From contig NZ_JMCB01000003.1 in assembly GCF_000737315.1 (NCBI RefSeq), forward strand, positions 496,001 to 560,000: 64,000 bases of DNA, read 5' to 3'. A program made the position numbers and the translations under genes. Every line of letters starts with the position of its first letter. Position 1 is the first letter of the stretch. The notes beneath the pieces were generated by a model. The model did not search any database and was not told the origin of the DNA. It was given only the letters and a program-made list of their open reading frames with translations. Shown in pieces: positions 10,301 to 18,576 of the stretch. This stretch comes from Hyalangium minutum. GTDB lineage: Bacteria; Myxococcota; Myxococcia; Myxococcales; Myxococcaceae.

Positions 10301-10607
10301 CGTCATGCCCGTGGCAGGCACCGCGCCCACTCCGCCGCCCAACCCGGCGACTATGGCCGCGCCGCCCTTTGTGCCCCAGGGCATCGCGGCCGCGCCACCG
10401 CCCGAGACTGGCTCTCAGGCGTCGCAATCGCCGATTGCGCCTGTCCCCGAGCTTCCCCAAGCGCCTCCAGAAACCCGGCCTGCGGCTCCGCGTGAGCGGC
10501 GAACCCTCACCTTCATGCCCACCCCCGAAGACCTGCGCGTGCTCGCGGAGTTCCTGGACACCCAACCTCACATCGTCCACTTCAACTTCGAGCCTCCCCA
10601 AAGCTGA
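7365..10607 (+). CDS. 1080-aa protein: probable degenerate P-loop domain, coiled coil, Pro/Ala-rich linker and short C-terminal module
   Basis: ATG directly follows the previous TAG. EAPPRGGLS (Walker-A-like, no Lys) and VAVLMLD. Long helical region; Pro-rich stretch at about 10075-10495. Confidence 0.78.
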   Translation: MRSIGREKELERVLAQIARRVDAQGNRITSPAATSMGSQVHISVEAPPRGGLSLFLEDAKETLAQRPGLYPVLVTVQDSSRPQDALRLALEEIARAAGVPHPSDTTNLSLFQLCEQLWESQKRVAVLMLDVTQALEQLHGNESLRQKASSNALLQRLRILVNDMEDKQPTLAAIVGWRNDFRERSIEWKAQDVEMRYYPHITLWPDFKQEDAWPLFESILRAQGYTNIDGHYPGFCRTGLTVGDILEELKQTGAHRVDGPLLLSTLNRKKPLEQDVATVPSDLLVALCLQDARIGPSHPLHEKISSPAVKPFVNPERTEQDEVVYVANEDLYRAAHVLPNRFLISTVRDYQRRFEDRDPEFALELLAGLPPALTGVAAPEVPQKLGGYAKIAFNLPSDLVPPGLKEMRVTAYCTLASEISNDLKTDLIAQLNATESTPLSRATQCVLVLHSEAGQDSQLHAAVLSSPRPDWRILQLKKGRLTKDEAAALCTIDIKAEQATELAFKKVDPSRQSKDLSTYLQRQIRTRFNSLLGKYPALDSQAFDGQHLPRLMVESHTFVDLATSGDDVSETAIKVLENLQVVERKTRKELCWAFEKDMLLKNLLDRASHAAGNLSEEMSRLYTFDPRNWPSIAAALATAYSDFLEPQGSTLREKPPQNSLTQRVRIAFTRLDPLLQELRDLSAQGKAVTLEHEREELDSQLTSAQNISSIELICEETLALVEKGKRAVEETQERRDQLVTQLQSDYNELERRAPDPSLSNMRSELSKKAKQILARQPPLLAELEEIQRSFETYRAKARAVQEKLQTNLQDAALLRQHIQARRTTLENLEKQAAALDGEAHHRIQEALRSIHQQLDELHSQLGDEKKHPSIPPDAREKELITIRTALDTLASQLQERSRWMVAPRKAPAPRPATSPQPAPPSSAAPQPSAGGGMSTQPSALPPQASPAPRDDTHRPETSAPPVVAAPASGLPKQLPSSPPVMPVAGTAPTPPPNPATMAAPPFVPQGIAAAPPPETGSQASQSPIAPVPELPQAPPETRPAAPRERRTLTFMPTPEDLRVLAEFLDTQPHIVHFNFEPPQS

Positions 10608-13600
10608 TGCGTCCCCTCAACGAATACACCGCCATTCGTGAGCGGGCAGGACGGATGCTCGAGGTTCTCATCGAGAAACAGCATTACGACGGGCTGTGCG
10701 CCGATCTGCTGTACGTGCTCGACGAGGAGTGCCGCCAGCGGCTCAACGCGGGAGCGAGCGAAGTCTTCGGCTCCGTCAAGAGCCTCTGGGAGCCCTTTCT
10801 GGACGCGATCCGCACCATTGCGCCGGAGATCGGCCTCACCGCCGGAGTGAGTAATGCCCGCCTCCTTCAGGAAGAACTCTTCCAGATGATCCTGCGCCGG
10901 ATGGTGAAGGAAGGAGACCTCATCTTCGCCAGCGACCGCCAGCGGGCGCGCAGCCGGGCGCTGGAAGTGGCTCACTACCTGCGTAACCTCCGCCAGCGAA
11001 CTGCCCTCAAGGAGCAGAGCGGCTTCCGCCCTCGGCTCGTCGAGATGATGAAGGTCGAGGTCCGCAAGCGGGAACGTCCTGTCCGCGCCCGCACACTCGA
11101 CGAGTTGCTGGATGCCCTGTCTGAGCTGGAGTACGAGCAGACCGCCGACCATCTCGAGGCGCTCCCGCCACTCCAGAAGTTGGAGGAGCTCAAGGAGGCA
11201 TTCGGGGCGTTCCTGCAGCGCGCCCTCCCCTCCCCTCAGTTCGCGGACTTCCAGATGCGCGCTTTCGAGCAACTCGTCACGGAGGCCTTCCTTAAGCAGA
11301 ACGCGGAGCCCAAGGCCGCCGTGATCGCCGCGGGCACGGGCTTTGGAAAGACCGAGGCCTTCCTCCTGCCCATCCTCTTCTACAGCGCCTATGCCCGGCT
11401 GCTGAAGCAGCACAACGTGCGGGAGGAGGGCGACCAGGACACCTCGGGCATCGACGCCCTGCTGCTCTATCCCCGCGTCGATCTCTGCGACAACCAAGCC
11501 GAGCGGCTCCTGGGGTACCTGTACCACCTCAACGCCGTTCTCCTCGAGAAGTTCGGCAAGGAGGCGTTGGGCGGGCCCCTGCGCCTAGCCCTCGCGCACG
11601 GCCGCATCAACGATACCTTCCGCATCCGCTGCCCGGCCTGTCTCAAGGAGGAAAAGGTCGCCGGCGTGGCCTGGACGGAGAATGACAAGAACAAGGCCTT
11701 CATCCGGCCGAAGTTCCGGGACACGGACAGGGTCGAAAGCTTCTTCTGCGATCGCAAGCTGGAGCACCAGCACGTCGCGGACATGCTCGTCTTTCAGGTG
11801 TACCGCGAATCGCGCGACGCGGATCTGTTGATCACCACCGTGGACACGCTGCACCGTCGGCTGATGGACCATCACGGCGAGGCTTCGATCTTCAAATCAC
11901 GCAAGCTGCCGCCGCGCTTCGTGGTCCTCGACGAGATGCACATCTACGAGGGACAGCACGGCGCGCACGTGGCGAACATCCTCCGCCGCTGCCGCCAGCG
12001 CATCTCCCATATGCGCCACGCCATCACAGTGCCGCCTCTCTTCATCGGGGCTTCGGCCACGGCCGGAAGCCCCGAGCAGCTAGCCGCGCGCATGTTTGGC
12101 GTGCCCTTGGACAAGATCCAGCTCATCCAACCGGGCAGCGACGAGAAGAAGACGCAGGGGCTGGAGTACTTCTTTTTCCTGCGCTCGCCGGGGAACCGAC
12201 TCGTCGAGGAGCGGCTTCCTCCCGCAGTCCTCGCGGACGAAGCCCCGGACGATGATACGCAGGACGACTTCCCCGTCCCTTCCCAGCCCCCATCCCCGAG
12301 CCACTTCGTCTCCGAGCGGGCGACGATGCTCCAGGCCGCCTTTGCGCTCCAGCACACGATGAAAGCACCGGGCCGGGTAGGGGCCAAGAGGAGGACGCTC
12401 GGCTTCGTCGACTCAGTGGACAGCGCCCAGCGTCTCGGCAGCCAACTCGATGACGCCGAGTGGCAGGACTTCGGTCAGGGAGCGATCGCGCGCAAGGGCG
12501 CACCGCCGGCGGGCCACCAGAAACCCCCGCTCTACGCCTACCGGCTGCCCGTGGGACGCCCCGGCGCGGGCTTGGCGGATCTGACCAACGCAATCCAGGC
12601 CTCGGGGGCGGAGATTTCCCGGGGCCTGGCGGCACCCTCCTCGTTCGCATTGCCACAACTCGGGGTGGGTTGCATCCGCCAGTCCTTGCGCGACTGCCAT
12701 CAACCTCCCCACCACCTCCTCGAGCGCTGCCAGCGCTACGAGCAGGGCGAGTGCTGGTTCGCCATGGCCCACTCTGGCGAGGAGGGGCTGCGTCCCATCC
12801 CCATCCAGACACACCGCTCGGGCCGCCGGGGCTGGGGAGACGCTCAGCGGCGGTGGGAGGACATCGACAAGGATCAATGGCGGCTACTCATCACCACCTC
12901 GGCGCTCGAGGTTGGCTTCGATCACCCCGAGATCATCGCGACGTGGCAGCATCATGCTCCTCCGAGCGTGGCCTCCTTCGTGCAGCGAAAGGGGCGCGGC
13001 GGACGTGGGCTGCGCGACTACCCCATCACGATGATGGTGTTGGGACCGAACGCGGATGACACCTACACCTTCCAGAACCACTTGAAGTTCGTGGACTCGG
13101 CCGACTTCAGCAACTACGTCGACGAGGAGAACCCGAGCGTGCGGATGCAGCACGTCTTCTCGGCGGTCCTGGACTGGTGCGCTTCCCAGCAAGGCTACCA
13201 ACAGGTCTACACCACGTATGAATTCGAACCGCTGTTGAAAGCCCTCCGTCAAACAGAGGTGCGCGACTGGGTCAGCGGCTGCCTCGACATGCGGAGCAAG
13301 GCGATCCACGACATCCTTACCGCGCTCCATGCGTACGTGGCGGAAGTCTGGCATGCGCCGCTCGATCCCTCCGGCAAGGAGTTCCTGGGCGGAGATTCGG
13401 TGCGGCCCAGCGATCTGTTCAAACCCACCGCCGCCCGGAAGATCGGCGTCTGGAAGGACCGGCTCCGGTCCCGCACGGACGTCGAACGCACGCGACAGTG
13501 GTTGGATGCGGCCGAACGCTTCTTCGAGGGTGGCGATAAGCGCATGCGCAACGTGGTGGACTTCTGCCAGTACGTCCCCGACGCCCTGCTCAAGAACCCG

Positions 13601-15430
13601 GATATGCACATTCCGGCCACGACGCTCTCGACGCCAGTGGGACGGTATGTAGACATGCTGGAGCGGCCCCAGGGGCGGCCGCTGCGCTGGGTTGCCCAGG
13701 AGCCCACAGAGTTCGCGCTGCGGGCATTCCTCCCCGGCGGCTTCAAGGCCCGCTACGACGGGCAACTGTGGATGGCTCCCTGGCAGCCCTCCGCCAACCT
13801 CGTGACTACGGGCAATGTCACCTGGGCGGCCACGCGCGCCCAGATCCACGAACTCTACAAGCCGGGCAATCCCATCACTCTGATCGATCTCCTCAAGGAG
13901 GCGAACCTCGAAGAGGGCACCCAGCGCCAGATTCTCTCGGCTGCGGGAGAGGACAGCGTGGTCGTGTTCCCCGCGGGCCTGGAGATCCGGCCGCTCGGCA
14001 GGCAGATGTCCCGCTCGTTCCAACTCGACGAGACAACGAAGACGATCGTCCCCACCAAGCCCCAGGGCGCCACCGGCACGTACACCCTGCTATCCCGGGA
14101 TCCGAACGTCACCCCACGCACGGTCGTCATTCCCCGGCGGAGCCAGAATCGGCGGCTCGTGGTCTCGTCTGGAACCGGGCTGCTGACGTCCATCTCCTTT
14201 CATGAGTCGTTCCGGCTCGTCGTGGCGTACTACGCCAACCTGGTCCACTGCTACCCGAAGGACGATGAGGTCCGGACAATCGTTGTGCGCTTTCAGGACG
14301 AGACGGTTTCGAAGCCGCTAGTGGCGGCCATGGAGGTACGCAGCCAGTGCGTGGAGTTCGTCATGCGCTGCCGCGAGGAACGCCTGCGCGGCTGGAGCGC
14401 GGCCCAGCGCGCCCGAGCCTTCTGGAGACGCGTCTCCTCCGAAGCGCTCGAGGTGCTCGTCGTCCGGCGGGGACTCCTGCCGAACATGTACCTGTTGCCA
14501 GGAATGATCGATCTGTTGCGTTGGGCGGAGGCCAAGCGCCGGGGCCGGGTGGGTGCCTTCTCCGAGCGCCCACCAACGGACGCGGAACTGCGCGAGGCCT
14601 TCACCCAGCCTCTTCCCGGACAGCAGGAGATGGCACGGCTTATCGTGCAAACCTCGGCGCCCCTGGCCCAGGTGCTCCAGGAGGCCGCGACGTGGACGGA
14701 CGCCCATGGCGCCCGCTTCACGCTCGCAGACAGTCTCGCGGTGGCCCTGGCACGCGCGCTGGGCAGCCATATCAACGTCTCGCCCAGGGCCCTGCGTAGG
14801 TTCGTCGACGTCCGAGGCGCGGACATCCACGTGATGCTGTACGACGACATCGACGGTGGGAGCGGCAACGCCCGGCGCATCGCCGAGGAGTTCAGCCGGT
14901 GGAGCCCGGAGCGTCTCTGGCAGGGAGTGGAGCGCGCCTTGGACTGCCCAGCTGCGGGGATGGACGCGGCAGTAGCCACGGCACTCTCCTCGAGGCTGTC
15001 TCCAGACATCCTCTCCACGATGGCCCACCGCAACCAACTCCCCGAAGAGTGGACGGCCCATCTCGCCAGCCCGGCCCGCGCCCGTCACCGGTTGCGGCAC
15101 CTGCTCGAAACCCCAGCTCTCGCGGCCTTCTACCTCTACGCCCATGAGGAATGGCGCCTGCTCCAGGAGCAACTCTCCGCTCCTCCTCCCCACTGCGCCT
15201 TCGTGGAGAGAATCCACTGCGCCCCCGCGCTCGATCCCCGCGCCGAGGCGCTGCGGCAGCAGTTCCTCCGGAGACAGGACGGGTTGGCCGAGCTCCCCGC
15301 CCGCCTGCAGGAGATGGAACCTTTGTGCGTGGCCGGCTGCCCGGAGTGCCTGACAGGGGCTCTGTTCGAGGAGGAGCGCTTCATCGATCGCACGTTTCTC
15401 CAGAAGCTGCTCACGGAGCGCACGGAATGA
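10607..15430 (+). CDS. Large SF2 DEAD/DEAH-box helicase (1607 aa) with DUF1998/MrfA-like C-terminus (DpdJ/DruE-like class)
   Basis: AGTGFGKTEAF (motif I), LLLYPR (Ia), ITTVDTLH (Ib), VVLDEMH (II), GASATAG (III), TTSALEVGFD (V), QRKGRGGR (VI), LYDDIDGGSG and C-terminal CVAGCPECL. Confidence 0.92.
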   Translation: MRPLNEYTAIRERAGRMLEVLIEKQHYDGLCADLLYVLDEECRQRLNAGASEVFGSVKSLWEPFLDAIRTIAPEIGLTAGVSNARLLQEELFQMILRRMVKEGDLIFASDRQRARSRALEVAHYLRNLRQRTALKEQSGFRPRLVEMMKVEVRKRERPVRARTLDELLDALSELEYEQTADHLEALPPLQKLEELKEAFGAFLQRALPSPQFADFQMRAFEQLVTEAFLKQNAEPKAAVIAAGTGFGKTEAFLLPILFYSAYARLLKQHNVREEGDQDTSGIDALLLYPRVDLCDNQAERLLGYLYHLNAVLLEKFGKEALGGPLRLALAHGRINDTFRIRCPACLKEEKVAGVAWTENDKNKAFIRPKFRDTDRVESFFCDRKLEHQHVADMLVFQVYRESRDADLLITTVDTLHRRLMDHHGEASIFKSRKLPPRFVVLDEMHIYEGQHGAHVANILRRCRQRISHMRHAITVPPLFIGASATAGSPEQLAARMFGVPLDKIQLIQPGSDEKKTQGLEYFFFLRSPGNRLVEERLPPAVLADEAPDDDTQDDFPVPSQPPSPSHFVSERATMLQAAFALQHTMKAPGRVGAKRRTLGFVDSVDSAQRLGSQLDDAEWQDFGQGAIARKGAPPAGHQKPPLYAYRLPVGRPGAGLADLTNAIQASGAEISRGLAAPSSFALPQLGVGCIRQSLRDCHQPPHHLLERCQRYEQGECWFAMAHSGEEGLRPIPIQTHRSGRRGWGDAQRRWEDIDKDQWRLLITTSALEVGFDHPEIIATWQHHAPPSVASFVQRKGRGGRGLRDYPITMMVLGPNADDTYTFQNHLKFVDSADFSNYVDEENPSVRMQHVFSAVLDWCASQQGYQQVYTTYEFEPLLKALRQTEVRDWVSGCLDMRSKAIHDILTALHAYVAEVWHAPLDPSGKEFLGGDSVRPSDLFKPTAARKIGVWKDRLRSRTDVERTRQWLDAAERFFEGGDKRMRNVVDFCQYVPDALLKNPDMHIPATTLSTPVGRYVDMLERPQGRPLRWVAQEPTEFALRAFLPGGFKARYDGQLWMAPWQPSANLVTTGNVTWAATRAQIHELYKPGNPITLIDLLKEANLEEGTQRQILSAAGEDSVVVFPAGLEIRPLGRQMSRSFQLDETTKTIVPTKPQGATGTYTLLSRDPNVTPRTVVIPRRSQNRRLVVSSGTGLLTSISFHESFRLVVAYYANLVHCYPKDDEVRTIVVRFQDETVSKPLVAAMEVRSQCVEFVMRCREERLRGWSAAQRARAFWRRVSSEALEVLVVRRGLLPNMYLLPGMIDLLRWAEAKRRGRVGAFSERPPTDAELREAFTQPLPGQQEMARLIVQTSAPLAQVLQEAATWTDAHGARFTLADSLAVALARALGSHINVSPRALRRFVDVRGADIHVMLYDDIDGGSGNARRIAEEFSRWSPERLWQGVERALDCPAAGMDAAVATALSSRLSPDILSTMAHRNQLPEEWTAHLASPARARHRLRHLLETPALAAFYLYAHEEWRLLQEQLSAPPPHCAFVERIHCAPALDPRAEALRQQFLRRQDGLAELPARLQEMEPLCVAGCPECLTGALFEEERFIDRTFLQKLLTERTE

Positions 15431-18400
15431 CTGGAACACTGCGCCGCTCGCTCGAGGAGTTGCACCGTTCGAGCCGGCAGGATCTGCCCTCCCTGTGCAA
15501 TGTGCTCGTCCAGATCAACGATACCCCCGTGTGGGTGTCCCAGCAGGGTGGGCGCTGGCAGCTCCGGGTGAGGAGCCTCTCCAACACGGTCAATGCGTTC
15601 ATCGCCGTGCATAAGGCTCCCGGGGAAACCGGGCTGGACTTGAAGTACACGAAGACGTCGGCCTCCCTGCTCGCGATGTTCGACGAGGTACCACTGCGGC
15701 GGCTCTTGTCCCCGGGAGAGATCGCGCTCGTCCAGGCCGAGCCCCGGCACAGCAGTGACGGCGAACTCTTCCTCAACGTTCAGGCTATCCTCTTGCTGAG
15801 GCCGTTCCAGACCTTCGGCCGCATCCAGGTGGACTACGAGTCGCGCTGCGCCCGCAAGAGCTATCTCTCGGTCACCAAGGGTGTTGGCACCAAACCCCCG
15901 GACACGCTCCACATGGGCAGCGTCGGAGGCATGGTGGCTCACGAGGTCTTCTCCCGTCTGGCCCAGCAGGAGAACCGGCGGGCAGATACCCCAGAGGAGA
16001 TTTTTGCCCACGCACTGGGCAGTGAGACCGTGGGCTCGCTCGTCTTCCTCGGGCTGAAATCGCCCGAGGACATGAAGGCCGCGCTGCGCCCGGGCCTGGA
16101 CGTCCAAGAGGTCATCACCCGCTCGGAAGCGCTGCGCCGGTTTCTGGCGTCCGATCAATGGGCTCCCGAGAGCGATGTGCTGAACAATGGCATCGTCGTG
16201 GCCCCGGATCTCCTCGGGCGCAAGCATGTCGCGGAGCTGAAGTACATCAGGCCCGGCTCGGATTACGACGACGCCGACAAGCAGCGCGGGCAGATCGAAG
16301 CCTACCTCGCTTGGGCGATGGTCGAGTACGGGCTTCCTGAGGTCTGCTCGGAATGGAAGGGGCTGCTCGTGCAGCTCCACCCGCAGGTGGACGAGGCGCA
16401 GCGGGTGCGGACGCTGCAAGCACAACCCGAGCTCATCGGGGGACGCCTGCTCAAACGGCACCGCCTGCTCGCACTCACCAACGGCGCGTGGCTGCCTGCT
16501 CCCAACCCGGACGAGTGCAACCAGTGCGAGTTCAGCGACAAGGCACTGCGCGGAGAGGAGCAACAAGCCGCGCCCGCGTGCACTTTCCACTGCCAGATGG
16601 AACGCGGCTGGGAGTGCTACACGCCTCCTCCGGGCCGTGCGTGCCCGCTGATCGACAAGTGCGATCAGTACAACCGCTTCGTCGCGTTCGAGCGCTTGGA
16701 TCAGTTCAACCGGCTCCGGGCCGATCTGCTCGACGAGGAGGAAGAACGGGCGGCCATCTCCCAGATCATTGAGGCGCTGACAGGCCGGGAGGGGGGCGAG
16801 GCCACGGGGCTCGTGCTTGGAGGGTTGAAGGTACTGGAGCACAAGCCAAGCACCTTGAAGGTGGAACTCCCGCCGCGCCTGCAGGTGCTCGACTTCGCGC
16901 ACCGGGACGAAGTCTTCGAGTTGTTGTGCGAGGGTCGGGCGGCCGGGCTCGTCCGCATGCACAAGCGCAGGGGCCGGGACCAGATGACGCTCTCCGAAAT
17001 CCACTCTTCGATGCGTCCGCTCGCCACTGGCACGCTCGTCGCCTTGAGGGCGGTGCCCGAGTGGCGGGTGAGCCCCCGTGATCAATTGAGGTACCTGGAC
17101 CTTGTGCAGCGCCATGACGAGCCTCCGATGAGCCTGCGGTCCGGAGCCCGCCGCGATCGGCTCCCGGCGTGCACGGAGTTGGCGTCCATCGAGCAGCTCT
17201 CCCCCGAGGCCCAACTGGTGCTGATCGACGCTCCCGGTCGCTCGGCGCTGCGCACTGCGGCGCAGAAGGTGCTCGATTGGATGCGCTCCAGCGGCACCGG
17301 ACGCATCCTGGTGGTGGATGCCATTGAAGGGCTCCAGCCCGCCCAGGAGTTCGCGGATCTGTCGGACCTGTCGTTGTCCGAGGCATTCCATGCCGACACT
17401 CTGCCGGTGGCGGAGCGCCTGCGCGCGCTCGTGGATGGCATCCAAGGCAAGCGCGTCTGGTGCGTTCCCCGCGAGCAACTCACCGGTATCCGGCTGAGCA
17501 CATTGGTGGAGTCCTTGGGGCGTTTCTCTGACGTCATCATCATCGGCGCAGAGACGTTCCCGCTGCTGGCCATCCACCGCTGCCTGGCGCTGGGCAAGCG
17601 CGTCACGCTGGTAGGTCAGGCCTCCGCCAGCGGCCCACGCGCGGAGAGCCTCCAGGCCCGGCAGTCGGAACTCTACCAGAACACGCTGCGGCTGCTTCTC
17701 GAGGCGGGACCCTCCATCTTCCCAGCCCAGGTGGAGCAGGTGGAGATCGTGCGCCTGCCGGCCGTGCACGGCTGCGCCGGAAGTGACCGCATCTTTAAGT
17801 TCAAGGGGATCCAGCGGGTGAGCCGACTGGAGCCCCATCCCTGCGCGGCTCCCGAGGAAGGACCGGAAGCGAGTACCCAGGCTCGGGTGCAAGGGGAGAT
17901 CGAGCTCACGCGGTTCGTGCCGCTCAGTCTTCATCAGGTGCAGAAACGCCACGTCATCGTGGAGGTGCTTCCTTCCGAACGGAACTCCGTGCGCCACCTC
18001 AAGGAACTGCTCAAGGGCATCACGGCGCGAAGCATCGAGCGGATGAACATCATGGCGAAGGGGCATCTGGACACGGCGCTCCTGGGAGAACGTGTCCGTA
18101 TCGTGGACATCCAACAGTCCACGGTTTCGGCGTCGCCGGGCACCGAGCACCGCGTGACGCTGCGCGTGCCCCATGACCGGTTCCCTTTCATCCAGGAGCG
18201 GCTGTTCACCAGCCGCACCGAAGTGGAGGAACTGCTCGCCTTCGCGAAGCAACGCCCCCAAGAGCAGTTTCACGTGACTTCGCCCTTCTTCGCGCAGTGC
18301 CTGCTGATAAGCCAGCTGGCGATGGAGAAGGAGATCCCTAACGTGATCGTGGTTCCCTTGGAGCACCTGGGGTGGAAGCGGCCTGGGGGGGACCGGAACC

Positions 18401-18576
18401 TGCTGGTCAGCACCGTCGTCACCCGGTCGAATCCGGGCTACCCCTATCCCATGAATGACCTGGGCCGACTCATCGAGTTGTTCACCGGGGACTATGCGGA
18501 GGTGCACCTCTTCTCCTCGAAGGAGGCCTTGACGCACCACCCCGTTCTCCTCCGCCTGACCAGCCCGCGGCTCTAA
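15427..18576 (+). CDS. Dna2/Cas4-like PD-(D/E)xK nuclease with Cys cluster, fused to a degenerate SF1-helicase-like region (1049 aa)
   Basis: YESRCARKSYL, GGMVAHEVF, APDLLG...AELKY, CNQCEF plus further Cys residues. Later IDAPGRS, VIIIGAET, VTLVGQ and VTSPFFAQ fall where SF1 motifs would but lack the catalytic residues. ATGA overlap at 15427. Confidence 0.78.
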   Translation: MTGTLRRSLEELHRSSRQDLPSLCNVLVQINDTPVWVSQQGGRWQLRVRSLSNTVNAFIAVHKAPGETGLDLKYTKTSASLLAMFDEVPLRRLLSPGEIALVQAEPRHSSDGELFLNVQAILLLRPFQTFGRIQVDYESRCARKSYLSVTKGVGTKPPDTLHMGSVGGMVAHEVFSRLAQQENRRADTPEEIFAHALGSETVGSLVFLGLKSPEDMKAALRPGLDVQEVITRSEALRRFLASDQWAPESDVLNNGIVVAPDLLGRKHVAELKYIRPGSDYDDADKQRGQIEAYLAWAMVEYGLPEVCSEWKGLLVQLHPQVDEAQRVRTLQAQPELIGGRLLKRHRLLALTNGAWLPAPNPDECNQCEFSDKALRGEEQQAAPACTFHCQMERGWECYTPPPGRACPLIDKCDQYNRFVAFERLDQFNRLRADLLDEEEERAAISQIIEALTGREGGEATGLVLGGLKVLEHKPSTLKVELPPRLQVLDFAHRDEVFELLCEGRAAGLVRMHKRRGRDQMTLSEIHSSMRPLATGTLVALRAVPEWRVSPRDQLRYLDLVQRHDEPPMSLRSGARRDRLPACTELASIEQLSPEAQLVLIDAPGRSALRTAAQKVLDWMRSSGTGRILVVDAIEGLQPAQEFADLSDLSLSEAFHADTLPVAERLRALVDGIQGKRVWCVPREQLTGIRLSTLVESLGRFSDVIIIGAETFPLLAIHRCLALGKRVTLVGQASASGPRAESLQARQSELYQNTLRLLLEAGPSIFPAQVEQVEIVRLPAVHGCAGSDRIFKFKGIQRVSRLEPHPCAAPEEGPEASTQARVQGEIELTRFVPLSLHQVQKRHVIVEVLPSERNSVRHLKELLKGITARSIERMNIMAKGHLDTALLGERVRIVDIQQSTVSASPGTEHRVTLRVPHDRFPFIQERLFTSRTEVEELLAFAKQRPQEQFHVTSPFFAQCLLISQLAMEKEIPNVIVVPLEHLGWKRPGGDRNLLVSTVVTRSNPGYPYPMNDLGRLIELFTGDYAEVHLFSSKEALTHHPVLLRLTSPRL

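Noticed and set aside
15427-16700. Cas4 of a CRISPR locus
   Set aside because: No CRISPR array or other cas genes were seen anywhere in the window, and the domain is part of a 1049-aa fusion.
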